The notes under the pieces: generated by a model
Database searches by the model: none
What the model was told of the DNA's origin: nothing
The model's input: the letters and a program-made list of their open reading frames with translations, nothing else
Program-made: the position numbers and the translations under genes
Shown here: in pieces, positions 52,201 to 64,000 of the stretch
Layout of the letters: every line of letters begins with the position of its first letter
Position numbering within the stretch: position 1 is the stretch's first letter
From: Lama guanicoe
Lineage: Eukaryota
Assembly (NCBI GenBank): GCA_013239625.1
Contig: MU054187.1
Location: 4,971,757-5,035,756 of the forward strand
Length of the DNA stretch: 64,000 nt
Reading direction: 5' to 3'

Positions 52201-55200
52201 GGTGAGTAGGGTGGGCTGTACCCTCACGAAGCTTGGCTGATGCTGGAATATAGATGAACTTTTCAAAGGCCACAGGGGACTGCTGGAAGCCTTCAAGTAG
52301 TAATTTCAGAACAGTATCATCCTCAAGAGACTATTTTTAGGGTTCTAAATAATAGACCCTGTGACTAGTTCAAGTCATTTTTCTTAAAACCTTACCACTG
52401 GCATTTGCACATTTAGCTTACAAAGCGCCACATCTTTCCCTAATGAGGAGACAGATTTGGACCGGCTGAGAGGCTCAGGACGCTTCGTCGGTGCCAGATG
52501 AGAAGGCCGCAGAGCGTGCTGGGAAGCTGGTGCCTCTGCAGCCCGGCAGTCAGCGCTGCTCCGGGCTCCTTGAAGCATGTTATCAGTGCAGGGTCCGGGG
52601 CAGGCTTCTCGCTCCTGGTGAGCCTCAGTTTACAGTGACCCTCAGGGGTCCTTATAAGCATCAAAGCAAAAACATACGATAGGTGAGAAGCCTAGCGATA
52701 TGTCTGCCACATAGAAAGTTCTGGACAAAGGGCAGCTTCAGCCTAGCCACGGTTATTGTCAAATGGGTTGACAGATGCCACGGATTGGGTCGTGTCCAAG
52801 AACACCAACAACTATAGACCGAATAGGAGAGGTTTAGACTTCGTTATGAAGGAATCTCAGCCTATTTACCATCGATCAGACCTCATACTGAAGCCAAGTG
52901 AAGGCCATTCATACATAATGCATTCATTTTATTGCTCCCCATAAATAGCTTTTGCCTTTATTTTAATGGAACTAAGTTGCATTTTTGAAACTAAAGAATA
53001 AGAAAAGGTAGTGGGAAACGGTGAACAGGCGAAGGATGCTGAGGAGCTCAGGCAAGTGCGGAACTCGGCTCCTGCAGAGCACCTGCGGCGGGCCTGCCCC
53101 GGGCGCGAGGCGGCCCCATCCTACAGACCCACGTGGGAGGCGGATGAATCTGAGACCCCAGATTTCAGCGGCTAAGTCTGCAGCAGAAGCTGTACTTTCT
53201 AACGTACTGTCTTGTGTCCGAAGAAAGACTGTCTTTCCTGGGAGATTCTTATCGAATTGCTGATCAGATGGGTCGTTTTTGTGACAAGAATCAAGAGATG
53301 GGCTTAGGAAGGTAATTAGGTTTGATTTGTTTTTTTTGGGGACCTTTCCAGCCGCTTGACTAAAGCCATTGTCCTCCCCAGGTCCCGCTCCGCCTGCATC
53401 CCCATTTCAGTGAAGGTAGAAAGGAAACTTCTCCCCTGATTTCTGGAAGCACTCGTCCCCCCGTCTGTTCAGTGACAGGCTCGCATTCCCCTCTCATCAC
53501 AGTGCTTCCCACAGTCGTGACCTGGGTGTCCTGGTGACGTTATTTTCTCCTTCTGCTGCCCATTTCCTTCCACCACGGCCTGTTCTTATTTTTGTCCTTA
53601 TCCTATATTATTACATCTGGAAATGGGATGTTAATTAGGCTGATTTTTCTTTTGACTACAGAGGATTTATGTTTTCATACTGCCTAGATAGAGTGTTAAC
53701 TATACCCTGCCTGGGAGCAAAGAATGGGAAATCTCTTCTGGATTTTGTCTTTTCTTCTCTTTTAGAATCTAGTTTCTCCACCAGAGGGGCCTTGAATTTG
53801 TGTCTTTGTCCACATATTGCAATCATTATACAGAGCATTCAATCTGTGGTGACAAGAAGTCCCATAACTCACAAGAATTCAAAAGATATCATCTTGTATG
53901 TATCTTTAAATTATGTGATGGCTTCATGCAATCGTGCACACACTAAAAATATGGCTATGGTTATAACATTGTAAAATATGTTCCTCATATAGGTCTTTAT
54001 TTGAAAGATAAATAAATAGCACAGCCATCAAATGTATATGAAATGCCTTAATTTCTCATCTGTAACATAATTCCTGAACGCTCAGGATAGACAAATGCCA
54101 ATGTTTAAACATGTTTCGTCTTGTATTACCAAAATTCTTGTTGCATAATTGAAACAACGGAATGAAAAGCAAAGTAAACTAAGTTCATTAGAAAAATAAT
54201 AAACGTCATCTGTATGCTTTCAGAAGTTAAGATATTGCATGTAACGCTGATTTCTCTCAAGAGAGTTTAAACAGCAAGAATGTTATCTCCAATTTCTTTT
54301 GAGAGGATCTTCGGAAGTAGGTATTTTTCAGGTTCTTTTGTGTCTGCATGAACAAAGGTTGATAGCTTGAGACTATAATGTATTACTGGGGAAAGCTTCG
54401 GTCTGTTACATAAATCATCCTAACACTCAGCGAGAATTGTCCAACAGTGCCATTGATGTGCTCAAGCCAATGATCCTGCAAACAATTTTTTGGTCTTTCT
54501 TCACATGTTAGACAATAGCAATAAATCATCTTCATTTAAAAACACACAATGTACTAATTTTTCAAGCAACAGTTATCAAAATGCAATTTCGGGTAGAACG
54601 TCCCACATTTATTTTATTTGTGCTCATTCATTTTGGTAGCCCGTGTGAAGTAAAAGGCTATGAGTGCCTCATTCACCATTGAAGCATGCATTGTGTACCT
54701 ACTATGTGTAGGGCATCCTGCAAAGTGTGATTTGAGATACAAAGAACTGTAAGGCAGTTTGTTCTAAAGGAAGTGAATTAGAAGAGATAAAAAACTTAGG
54801 TATAAACAGCATGTTCAACTGTCAAGCTCAGAGATGTGAGTGTAAACAAAAAGGAATTACTTAATGCTGGGATGGTGCAGGGGCTGTTGGAAGTGGGTTC
54901 ACCTTGATAACAGGACCAGACGAGCGGACACTTCTGCTGAGACGCAGTAAGTGACGAAGGAAGGATCACAAAACTGACAGATGAGCCAGTCCGCCGCAGC
55001 AAGAGGTCCAACCGTGAGGTCAGGTCTCCGGTCTCTAAGAAAACGTCAAGGGCAAGACTGATCCTCCCGATCAAAACAGACTTTGGGGTCCTGGGCCCAA
55101 AGCAAGCCTTTACGGGGACTGTTTTTTGCTGGGTTATTGAATAATCAGGATGCAAAGCCTGAATGAGACTGGAAACCAGAGTTAACCTGAGGCCGCCCCA

Positions 55201-56129
55201 AAGAATGTCTGCGAGGGCCAGGTTTGGGAGAGCGCTGACCCCTGAGGTGGGGTTAACAGGCTGCAGCTTTGAGGATCCAGGGCTGGGGAGCAGAGCGCCC
55301 AGCATTCCCAGATCAAGGGTGGGCAGGGCAGGGACGTCCAACACCATGGCTGGTACTAGGGCCACTCCCCAGGGACTTCCAGAAAAGTCCTTAGCATTTC
55401 CATACGGGCATTCCTCCTGCCTTAATTCATTAAGGATACTGGAATGGGGAAGGGATTTATTTCCTCTTAGTGTTGTTTGGGGGCCTACATGAGTCTGTGA
55501 GCTGTATTTTTAAGGGACATTTTAAAACCAGGTGTGGTATGCAGTTGTCCTAAGCACCCCCTCTTTGACTCAAAAGCAAAAGCAAAAGCAGAACGAAACA
55601 AAACAACAAGCTCCTGGGAAAGAAATCACGTCCTGCCCCGCACAACTCACAACCACACCTGGATGATGAGGGAGAGCAGACTGAGGTGGAGGAGCCGCTT
55701 CTGCAACCCTGGGGGGGGGGCCCAAGGGTGCTCTGGTAACAGGTCATCAAGATTCCATATTCAGTGTTTAAAGGGCATAATTAAAGCACTGAAATTTCAT
55801 CGCTTAGCATACAATTTTATGTACAAATGCAGTCTAGCCTTCTTTTTAGTTTTCCAGATGTCTTCAATTCTCACATTGAGTTTATATTTATATATTCCGA
55901 AATTCAGTTCTACATTTTTTTGGTTTGTTTTATAAATAATCCATATTAACGGGGGGAAAAAAAGAAAATATACACTAAAAAAATCACTCTAATTCAATCA
56001 CTCAGGAAAAAAAACAAAAAACCCACCCTGTTTTAACCCATGTGTATCTTTCAGGATTCTTTTTAGTCCGTGTTTGTTATTCTCTTTTGGGTTTTTGTTT
56101 TTGCTTCTCATAACACAAGTCAGAACATA

Positions 56130-56362
56130 AAGGTCTGATTCTAGAGTTAGAAACGCTCTTTGCAAATCTCATCTCTTAGTAGATGTAGTTACTTAATTCT
56201 TCTAGAACTTAGTTTCCAAATCTATAAAATAGGGATGGTAACAGTACTCAATTCATTTAGGGTATATCAGGATTAATTGAGATAAACGAGATAATATAAA
56301 TAATTCAAGCAATATCCTGGCTTAACAGAATATCAGTAAATGTTAGCTACATTATTATTATT
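56130..56362 (+). mobile_element. MIR SINE
   Basis: AGTTTCCAAATCTATAAAATAGGGATGGTAACAGTAC...AGGATTAATTGAGATAA...CAGTAAATGTTAGCTACATTATTATTATT. Confidence 0.75.
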
Positions 56363-56389
56363 ACACCATCACATAATTTGATCTGATCT

Positions 56390-56600
56390 GATCACTTGAA
56401 ATTGATTGTGAATAATTTTTCATGTCAATAAATATCATCTACATTACTGTTTAAATGACTGCACAATCTCACTGTGTGTATGTTCTATAATTTATGTCAC
56501 CAGTTTCTTATTACCTAACATCGAGGGTATTTCTAAGTTTTCTCTGTTATGAATCACACTGTGATAAATAACCGTATGCATTTTTTTCCTTAGGATAAAT
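56390..56600 (-). mobile_element. Old L1 (L1ME-like) 3' fragment
   Basis: TTTCATGTCAATAAATAT...TTTAAATGACTGCACAAT...TATAATTTAT...TTTCCTTAGGATAAAT. Confidence 0.6.
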
Positions 56601-57125
56601 GTTCTGGACTTCTATATTTATGCTCAAATGAAATTACAGAATGCTCACTCAAGAGAAGACCTTAGAGACTACGTCCCCACTTTGCAGATGAGAAAAATGA
56701 GGTCCGAAGAAGTTAAATGATTTGCTTGTGTTTAGAGAACTAGTTGGGCAGAGGGGAAACCCATCACTGAATAGAAATTTTTTTTCCATTTAATAATTGA
56801 ATAAAATGCATTGGGTTTTAACATACTGTTTTAAAGCATGTATGGCCTTTGAGCTTTAATACATTTTCTTTTTTAAAAAAAAAAAACTGTGTTGAATTGA
56901 TTTTTGCTTGTGGCCAGATTCTTTTTGCTACATCACATGCAGGCAGTCAGCATGGAGTTGAGGAATCAGCATTGGCCTGTTTTTGTATGTATGTATTTTT
57001 TATGTAAACGTTCAAATACACACTGTATGTGTTTACAGCCATTCTTTTCATTTTTCCCTGCTGTGCAGAAATCAGTAAACTCACAGTCTTCCTAAAGAAG
57101 CCAGATGAGCAGAGGACAAGAGCTA

Positions 57126-60100
57126 AGGAGACGGCCTCTGCCCCTGGCTCAGCTCCTCCCGAAGCCGAGGGGCCAGAACAAGGCAGGACAGGCTGCTGTT
57201 TCTGCTCGTCATCCGCTGACATGCAACGCCGACTCTTTGGATCTTTTACCAGGAAGTAAATTGCAAGTGGATCCCGAGATCTCTGAGGATCATCTCACTT
57301 CCTACAGCCTTTGCTACCAACAAAGCTTCTGCTGAAGAGGAGCTGAAGAGAGGGATGAAGCAAAAAAAAGTGGAACAATTGGAGATAATTTCCTGATGTT
57401 AATGAAGACAGAATTCCTCCTCCTTCAGTTACCCAGATCCCTGGGCAGGGGCGGAAGGAGGGGACATCTTCCACACAAAGACCTCCTGTACTTTGCTCAT
57501 CCTTTGTGGAGGAAAGGATGCGGAGGGTCCTGGACCCGGATGAGAAAAGTAATGGGAATACAGAGGAAGTGGGGCAGCTACAGTGGCAAAGGTACGGAAA
57601 AGGCTGGAAAAGAGGGGAAAGGAGGAGTCACCGCTCTGGATAAAAGCAGCAGAGGCACACGTGCACGCCTCACCTCCGCACAGCTTCTCTGTGGGACTGA
57701 ACAAACGTGGAGTATGAAATTGCGGCTGAAATATGAAATTGCTGCTTTTATAGGTAACAGATGGTCAAATATCTGCAATTTCATTTGGTGCCACCTTCAT
57801 GTGGAATGTTCCAACACGCCTTAACACAGCGCAGTGACTGCCACTGCGGTCTGATCAAGGACTGAGGTTAGCACACCAACATTTTGACCTTAAGGTTCTA
57901 CAATCAAGTGAGGCCTTGCTGACCAAGGATGGAGTCTGACTTGGGCACTTCCCGGCCCAGAACCTGAGCTCTGATTATATATTATCTCTTTGATGTTTGG
58001 CCAATCACTTTCATCCTGGAGGAACCATGGGAAGGATTAAATGAAACAATACCTGTGCTGCCTCTGGTCAGTTCCTTACAGATACAGGTCGCCGCCAACT
58101 GACAGTTACTATGATTACGGGTCGACTTCACTGATTACCTTGCAGGTAGGGGAGTGCTCACCTCAACTTCCAGCCAAGCAGAAGCTTCCTACTAAAACTT
58201 AGCATCATCTTGACAAGCAAGAAGCTCAGCTGAAGTTAGAGCATTACAAATACACAGCGCGGCACTCACAGTACAGAGGAGCTCAGGCCTCCTGGAAGGC
58301 AGCTTCCGCAGAGGGCCGCTGGCCCCGCTCCGCCCCTGCACGCCCACTACCTGCCCCCGGCTCCCACTCCTCTGAGGCCGCTCTGGTTTGTGTGTTCAGA
58401 AAATAACCACTCCCAGTGGGCTTAGCTCTTCCTGAAGGTGGGCCTTCTCCTGAGATGCTAGGGGGCGCAGTGACATTCAGGGAAGCCTTCATTCTTGGTC
58501 TGAAATCGTGGCCATCAGAGCCCTTGTAAGCTGCAGACCGGGGTGGTTCTATTTGAATCATCTGATGCCACGACTAAGAAGTCACTTGTTTGACTTCACT
58601 TGCAACAGGATCAATGATCATAACTCACGAACAGCAAGGAAGGTATGGAGAGCATTTTCCAAAATAGCCACCAATCAATCTCAAATCATTCGGGTTATAG
58701 TTAGAACTTTTTAGGTCCAAATTGTGAAATAACAGAGATCAGAAAAAAGCACAGGGGAAAGAAAGAAAATACGGACATAAAGGTTAAACTGCAACCCTCT
58801 TTGTGTTTCTGGGAAGTCCAGCTAAGTCTGCTCTGAAAGCAAGGAACTGAAACTGCAAAGGGAAACTTGACACTTTGTTAAAGGTGTTTGAGTGGCAGGT
58901 GAGGATATGAAGATGGTGGTCTCAGAAGAGATACGGGTGTGTGGGAAAAAAACCTCAGCTTTTCCAAGCCTCAGTGTTCTTTTACTAAAATGGGCCCAAC
59001 CACTTCAACCTGACATATTGGCATAATAAAATTTGAGCTTTTGTTTGGAACAACCTTTAAGTGTCTTGGAAATGGAGTTGGCATAGAAAGATGACCTCAT
59101 TCAACTTGTTACTATTCTTAACCTGAAATACCATGCCTGTTTTTTCAGACATTCTTCAGTGACAGGAGACGGCCTCTGCCCCTGGCTCAGCTCCTCCCGC
59201 AGCCGAGGGGCCAGAACAAGGCAGGACAGGCTGCTGTTTCTGCTCGTCATCCGCTGACACGCAACGCCGACTCTTTGGATCTTTTACCAGGAAGCAAATT
59301 GCAAGTGGATCCCGAGATCTCTGAGGATCATCTCACTTCCTACAGCCTTTGCTACCAACAAAGCTTCTGCTGAAGAGGAGCTGAAGAGAGGGATGAGGCA
59401 AAAAAAAGTGGAACAATTGGAGATAATTTCCTGATGTTAATGAAGACAGAATTCCTCCTCCTTCAGTTACCCAGATCCCTGGGCAGGGGCGGAAGGAGGG
59501 GACGTCTTCCACACAAAGACCTCCTGTACTTTGCTCATCCTTTGTGGAGGAAAGGATGCGGAGGGTCCTGGACCCGGATGAGAAAAGTAATGGGAATACA
59601 GAGGAAGTGGGGCAGCTACAGTGGCAAAGGTACGGAAAAGGCTGGAAAAGAGGGGAAAGGAGGAGTCACTGCTCTGGATAAAAGCAGCAGAGGCACACGT
59701 GCACGCCTCACCTCCGCACAGCTTCTCTGTGGGACTGAACAAACGTGGAGTATGAAATTGCGGCTGAAATATGAAATTGCTGCTTTTATAGGTAACAGAT
59801 GGTCAAATATCTGCAATTTCATTTGGTGCCACCTTCATGTGGAATGTTCCAACACGCCTTAACACAGCGCAGTGACTGCCACTGCGGTCTGATCAAGGAC
59901 TGAGGTTAGCACACCAACATTTTGACCTTAAGGTTCTACAATCAAGTGAGGCCTTGCTGACCAAGGATGGAGTCTGACTTGGGCACTTCCCGGCCCAGAA
60001 CCTGAGCTCTGATTATATATTATCTCTTTGATGTTTGGCCAATCACTTTCATCCTGGAGGAACCATGGGAAGGATTAAATGAAACAATACCTGTGCTGCC

Positions 60101-61204
60101 TCTGGTCAGTTCCTTACAGATACAGGTCGCCGCCAACTGACAGTTACTATGATTACGGGTCGACTTCACTGATTACCTTGCAGGTAGGGGAGTGCTCACC
60201 TCAACTTCCAGCCAAGCAGAAGCTTCCTACTAAAACTTAGCATCATCTTGACAAGCAAGAAGCTCAGCTGAAGTTAGAGCATTACAAATACACAGCGCGG
60301 CACTCACAGTACAGAGGAGCTCAGGCCTCCTGGAAGGCAGCTTCCGCAGAGGGCCGCTGGCCCCGCTCCGCCCCTGCACGCCCACTACCTGCCCCCGGCT
60401 CCCACTCCTCTGAGGCCGCTCTGGTTTGTGTGTTCAGAAAATAACCACTCCCAGTGGGCTTAGCTCTTCCTGAAGGTGGGCCTTCTCCTGAGATGCTAGG
60501 GGGCGCAGTGACATTCAGGGAAGCCTTCATTCTTGGTCTGAAATCGTGGCCATCAGAGCCCTTGTAAGCTGCAGACCGGGGTGGTTCTATTTGAATCATC
60601 TGATGCCACGACTAAGAAGTCACTTGTTTGACTTCACTTGCAACAGGATCAATGATCATAACTCACGAACAGCAAGGAAGGTATGGAGAGCATTTTCCAA
60701 AATAGCCACCAATCAATCTCAAATCATTCGGGTTATAGTTAGAACTTTTTAGGTCCAAATTGTGAAATAACAGAGATCAGAAAAAAGCACAGGGGAAAGA
60801 AAGAAAATACGGACATAAAGGTTAAACTGCAACCCTCTTTGTGTTTCTGGGAAGTCCAGCTAAGTCTGCTCTGAAAGCAAGGAACTGAAACTGCAAAGGG
60901 AAACTTGACACTTTGTTAAAGGTGTTTGAGTGGCAGGTGAGGATATGAAGATGGTGGTCTCAGAAGAGATACGGGTGTGTGGGAAAAAAACCTCAGCTTT
61001 TCCAAGCCTCAGTGTTCTTTTACTAAAATGGGCCCAACCACTTCAACCTGACATATTGGCATAATAAAATTTGAGCTTTTGTTTGGAACAACCTTTAAGT
61101 GTCTTGGAAATGGAGTTGGCATAGAAAGATGACCTCATTCAACTTGTTACTATTCTTAACCTGAAATACCATGCCTGTTTTTTCAGACATTCTTCAGTGA
61201 CAGG
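57126..61204. repeat. Direct tandem duplication, unit 2,038 bp (57126-59163 and 59164-61201, plus 3-bp AGG microhomology)
   Basis: Line-by-line comparison gives a constant 2,038 offset, six substitutions and no indels. ORFs recur at that offset (57396/59434, 58283/60321, 58508/60546). Confidence 0.98.
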
Positions 61205-61965
61205 CTTATTATAAGTGACAGGAGAAAGAAAATCTAGTACGTTATATATTGCAAAATTTAGCAGGAAGGATCATTTAGTTTTTCATCATGGCCCACGTGC
61301 TAAAGAAAAACATCTGCAAAATACAATTGTGAACAAGCCAGAGGGCTGTTTCCACTATGCATCAAATTCAAGCACATAACAGGTTAAGGCCGTGCGCTGG
61401 ACTCACAACACCTCCTGCCGGTGCCTCAGTGTCCTGGGGTCACTTGACAGTTGCCCACTGAGCAAACCATCCTCCCCTGGGAGCTGGATGCTTTTGGAGA
61501 ATCTGTTCCTGCCACCCATGCTATTCCATTCAGATCTTTTCATCATTTTCATCACTGAAATGCATATACCACACGCTTGGAAAAACATACTATTAGACAA
61601 TTATAATAAAATTCTCAGGCGTCCTCAGCAGCAAACATTCGTTCTCCGAAATAAAAAATGAGTCTCCTGTTCGCACATCCCACAGCTTGGAAATGTATAT
61701 GATACACAGCATTTAACCTGTCAGCAGACTCATTAGTGTCGGTGAGAGGAGCTGGCAATCAGGAGATGGTGCGCTCTACGTGTGTTTATGTTTTAAAACG
61801 TTCCCAAAATAGCTCTGCCAGCAAGGCTGATAGAAAACACTTCTACTGGACAAATGAATTTTGGTTTAAATTTTATGGTCTACCTAAGACTTTTTAGAGA
61901 AATTCTATTTCTCACGTAACTGATCATTTACAGCTAACAGAGTCAATGCCCAACTAATAATAAAA

Positions 61966-61966
<1 letters not shown>

Positions 61967-62010
<44 letters not shown>

Positions 62011-62014
62011 TAAT
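61967..62014. repeat. (AAT)13 AAC (AAT)2 microsatellite
   Basis: Directly visible. Confidence 0.95.
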
Positions 62015-63479
62015 GACTGGGTGGGTAAAAAAAAATCATCTAAAGTTCAACTATATCAACCAAAATGGAAATGCTCAAGAAAATCTGCAGAAAGACTAAT
62101 GCACGTTTCATGATCGAGGGCCCTAAGATACCGGCTTGTACGGCGCCGGTGTTCGGTATCCGTACAGCGATTAAGACATTTTTATAAACTGTAAGAAATA
62201 TGTGAGCTATTTCAAGGTATAATTCTGAAAAACAGACTTCCATGGAGGAAGCCAATTTAGGAAGAAAACAACATAAACAATAGTAACTTGTGTGCTCAAG
62301 TGAAGCATCTCTTTAATTTTGAGTAATGAAGATGTCAGGCCAAATGCTGGAGTAGTTTAACTTAATTAGGTGGCCTATTTTTCCAGGCATCCTTTCACTT
62401 CCCATTGAAAACCCAGCTTGTATGCAAGGCAACAAGCGCGATTTTGTCTGTAATGAATACCTCGGGGACCACGCGCCGTGATCATTTGAACGTTGCACTG
62501 AAGACTGGTTTGAGTAACTAGTTCGGGCTCGTTAAGATGCCAGACTTCGCTGGACTAACTAGATTACTCAAAGCCTGGCAGCTTTGTTCCTTTATTGGGT
62601 GAATGGTCAAAAAGTCAAGTTGACCTGACTCCTGAAATGTCTGCCAAAAGGAGCCAATCTGAAAGTAATTGGTCTAATTTATAGTTCAAATTTATGTCAT
62701 GATCATGGAAATTTTATGGCCTATAGTCAAGAGAATTTTTTCAGAAGTGCTCTTAGGAAATATGACACTTTCTAGGCCCCTGCTGTCATACCTCATTGAC
62801 CATCTAACCTTGAGAGGTTTCTCCTTAGGAAAACATGTAATTAAAAATATATAGTTATTAATATGTTTGGAAATCTCAAAATATTACAATTCTAACAGTA
62901 GATTTAAGAGAATATTGTACGAAAAAGAACTTGGAAAGAGCTGTTGTTTCTGCTGCCATTGCATTGCCTTTGATAAAGAGCAATACGATGTTATTGTGAG
63001 AATAACTGCCTGCTATTATTTAATCTATTATCACATTAATTCTTTGAGGCTTGGACTTGAATAACTGTCTGAGGAGACGGAAGTGCTGGTGCCTTTTGTG
63101 AACGTGTTGTGGTGGTGTTGACACTGGGATGGTGGGGGGCGGGCAGTGCTCCTGGAATGGAGGGGCAATGCTGAATGTCTGAACTGCAGGGCTGAAAACC
63201 ACTGCAAGTAGGTGACAGAGCATGAATGCGATTAGAACATGTACATGAGTCACCCTAACATCTTTCAACAAATGATGCCACGTACTTTTGATGGGTCAGA
63301 CATCACTCCAGCACAGAAGATCAAGAGAGAAAGAATAGTCCTACCACAGTCGGGGGGGCACTGCTACCTGCCACAGCAGGGCAAAGACGTGCCTCCAAAA
63401 CGCCAGCCAGACCCGGGGGAGGCGCTGGACAGGAGGTGTGCAGGCAGGAAGAAACCTGGGTCACTGAGCAACCACGAGA

Positions 63480-63850
63480 GGAGAGAGGGAAAGGTGGAAG
63501 TGAGGTGACAGGAGCAGAGTTAGCGAGAACCTGGGAGGTCCAGCACTCAGGCAGGAACGTGCAGAAGGACAAGAGGAGACACACCAACAAGCAATGCAGA
63601 GAACAGAATCAGCGCCCCTGGATTAACTCAGGGCTGAGAGCACCGGGGAGACGCTCCAAGTTTCTGTCCTGGGTGATGGGGTAGGCGGTGGCAACGCTCA
63701 CGACTCCAGGCAACACAGGAAAACAAGAAGTTTAGGGGGTGAGGGAGTAGGCTGGAGGTGATGAATTTCGATTTGACAAATGGATATGTTGAGCCTGAGC
63801 TGCTGTTGGGACAGGCGCCCGGGGGTTAGAAGTCAGACCTGAAACCCGCA
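63480..63850 (-). mobile_element. L2 LINE remnant
   Basis: GACGCTCCAAGTTTCTGTCCTGGGTGATGGGGTAGGCGGTGG and GATGAATTTCGATTTGACAAATGGATATGTTGAGCCTGAG are L2-like. Confidence 0.55.
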
Positions 63851-64000
63851 CGCGTGAGCGGCCCTAGACATGCAGACACTGTTCGGCTCCTCCGCTCGAG
63901 ACGGATGGCATGGAACGCATGTTACATGCTCAGCTACAGGAGCCTAGGGAAAATAACACTGCTCTAGTTTATCACTGTTTCTAATCTTCAGATCTTGAGA

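Larger units (their letters stand above)
48145..64000 (-). other. TOX: TOX intron upstream of the exon (intron 2 by human numbering), partial
   Basis: Ends in a polypyrimidine tract plus CAG on the minus strand. The short preceding exon (FDGENMYMSMTEPSQ..., recalled) was not found by eye. Confidence 0.75.

Noticed and set aside
54796..55492. 189-aa and 109-aa overlapping ORFs
   Set aside because: No recognisable domain, partly overlapping L2-like sequence; consistent with chance.
57396..59862. Duplicated 142-aa ORFs (and other ORF pairs) suggesting a tandem gene pair
   Set aside because: No recognisable protein similarity; they recur only because the DNA is duplicated.
63233..63295. AGAACATGTACATGAGT (NMYMS) resembling the preceding TOX exon
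   Set aside because: Wrong strand, flanking residues do not match, and no fitting splice sites.
1..64000. Prokaryotic-type systems (CRISPR arrays, operons, defence islands) or intact viral genes
   Set aside because: The sequence is mammalian intron with no repeat-spacer arrays, no long ORFs and no retroviral gag/pol/env-like translations.

Overview
Mammalian genomic DNA, most likely camelid (two tRNA-derived Vic-1-type SINEs with target-site duplications). The window appears to lie wholly inside the TOX gene (thymocyte selection-associated HMG box), transcribed on the minus strand. The only coding sequence I can support is a 243-bp phase-0/0 internal exon at 47902-48144, matching human exon 3 from recall; flanking exons were not seen. 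The rest is intron with ordinary repeats (L1, L2, L3, MIR, Tigger/MER elements, microsatellites). The most notable structure is a head-to-tail 2,038-bp tandem duplication (57126-61204) with only six differences, all in the first quarter of the unit, a microhomology junction, and immune-type motifs. Other leads: GC-shifted substitutions in the exon with an adjacent intronic G-quadruplex, a CpG-dense pseudoknot-capable 42-mer, an orphan CpG patch between L2 tails, and an old L1 with 5'-inversion geometry. I found no convincing novel multi-gene system. Repeat family names and human protein comparisons are from memory, not searches, and old-repeat boundaries are approximate.
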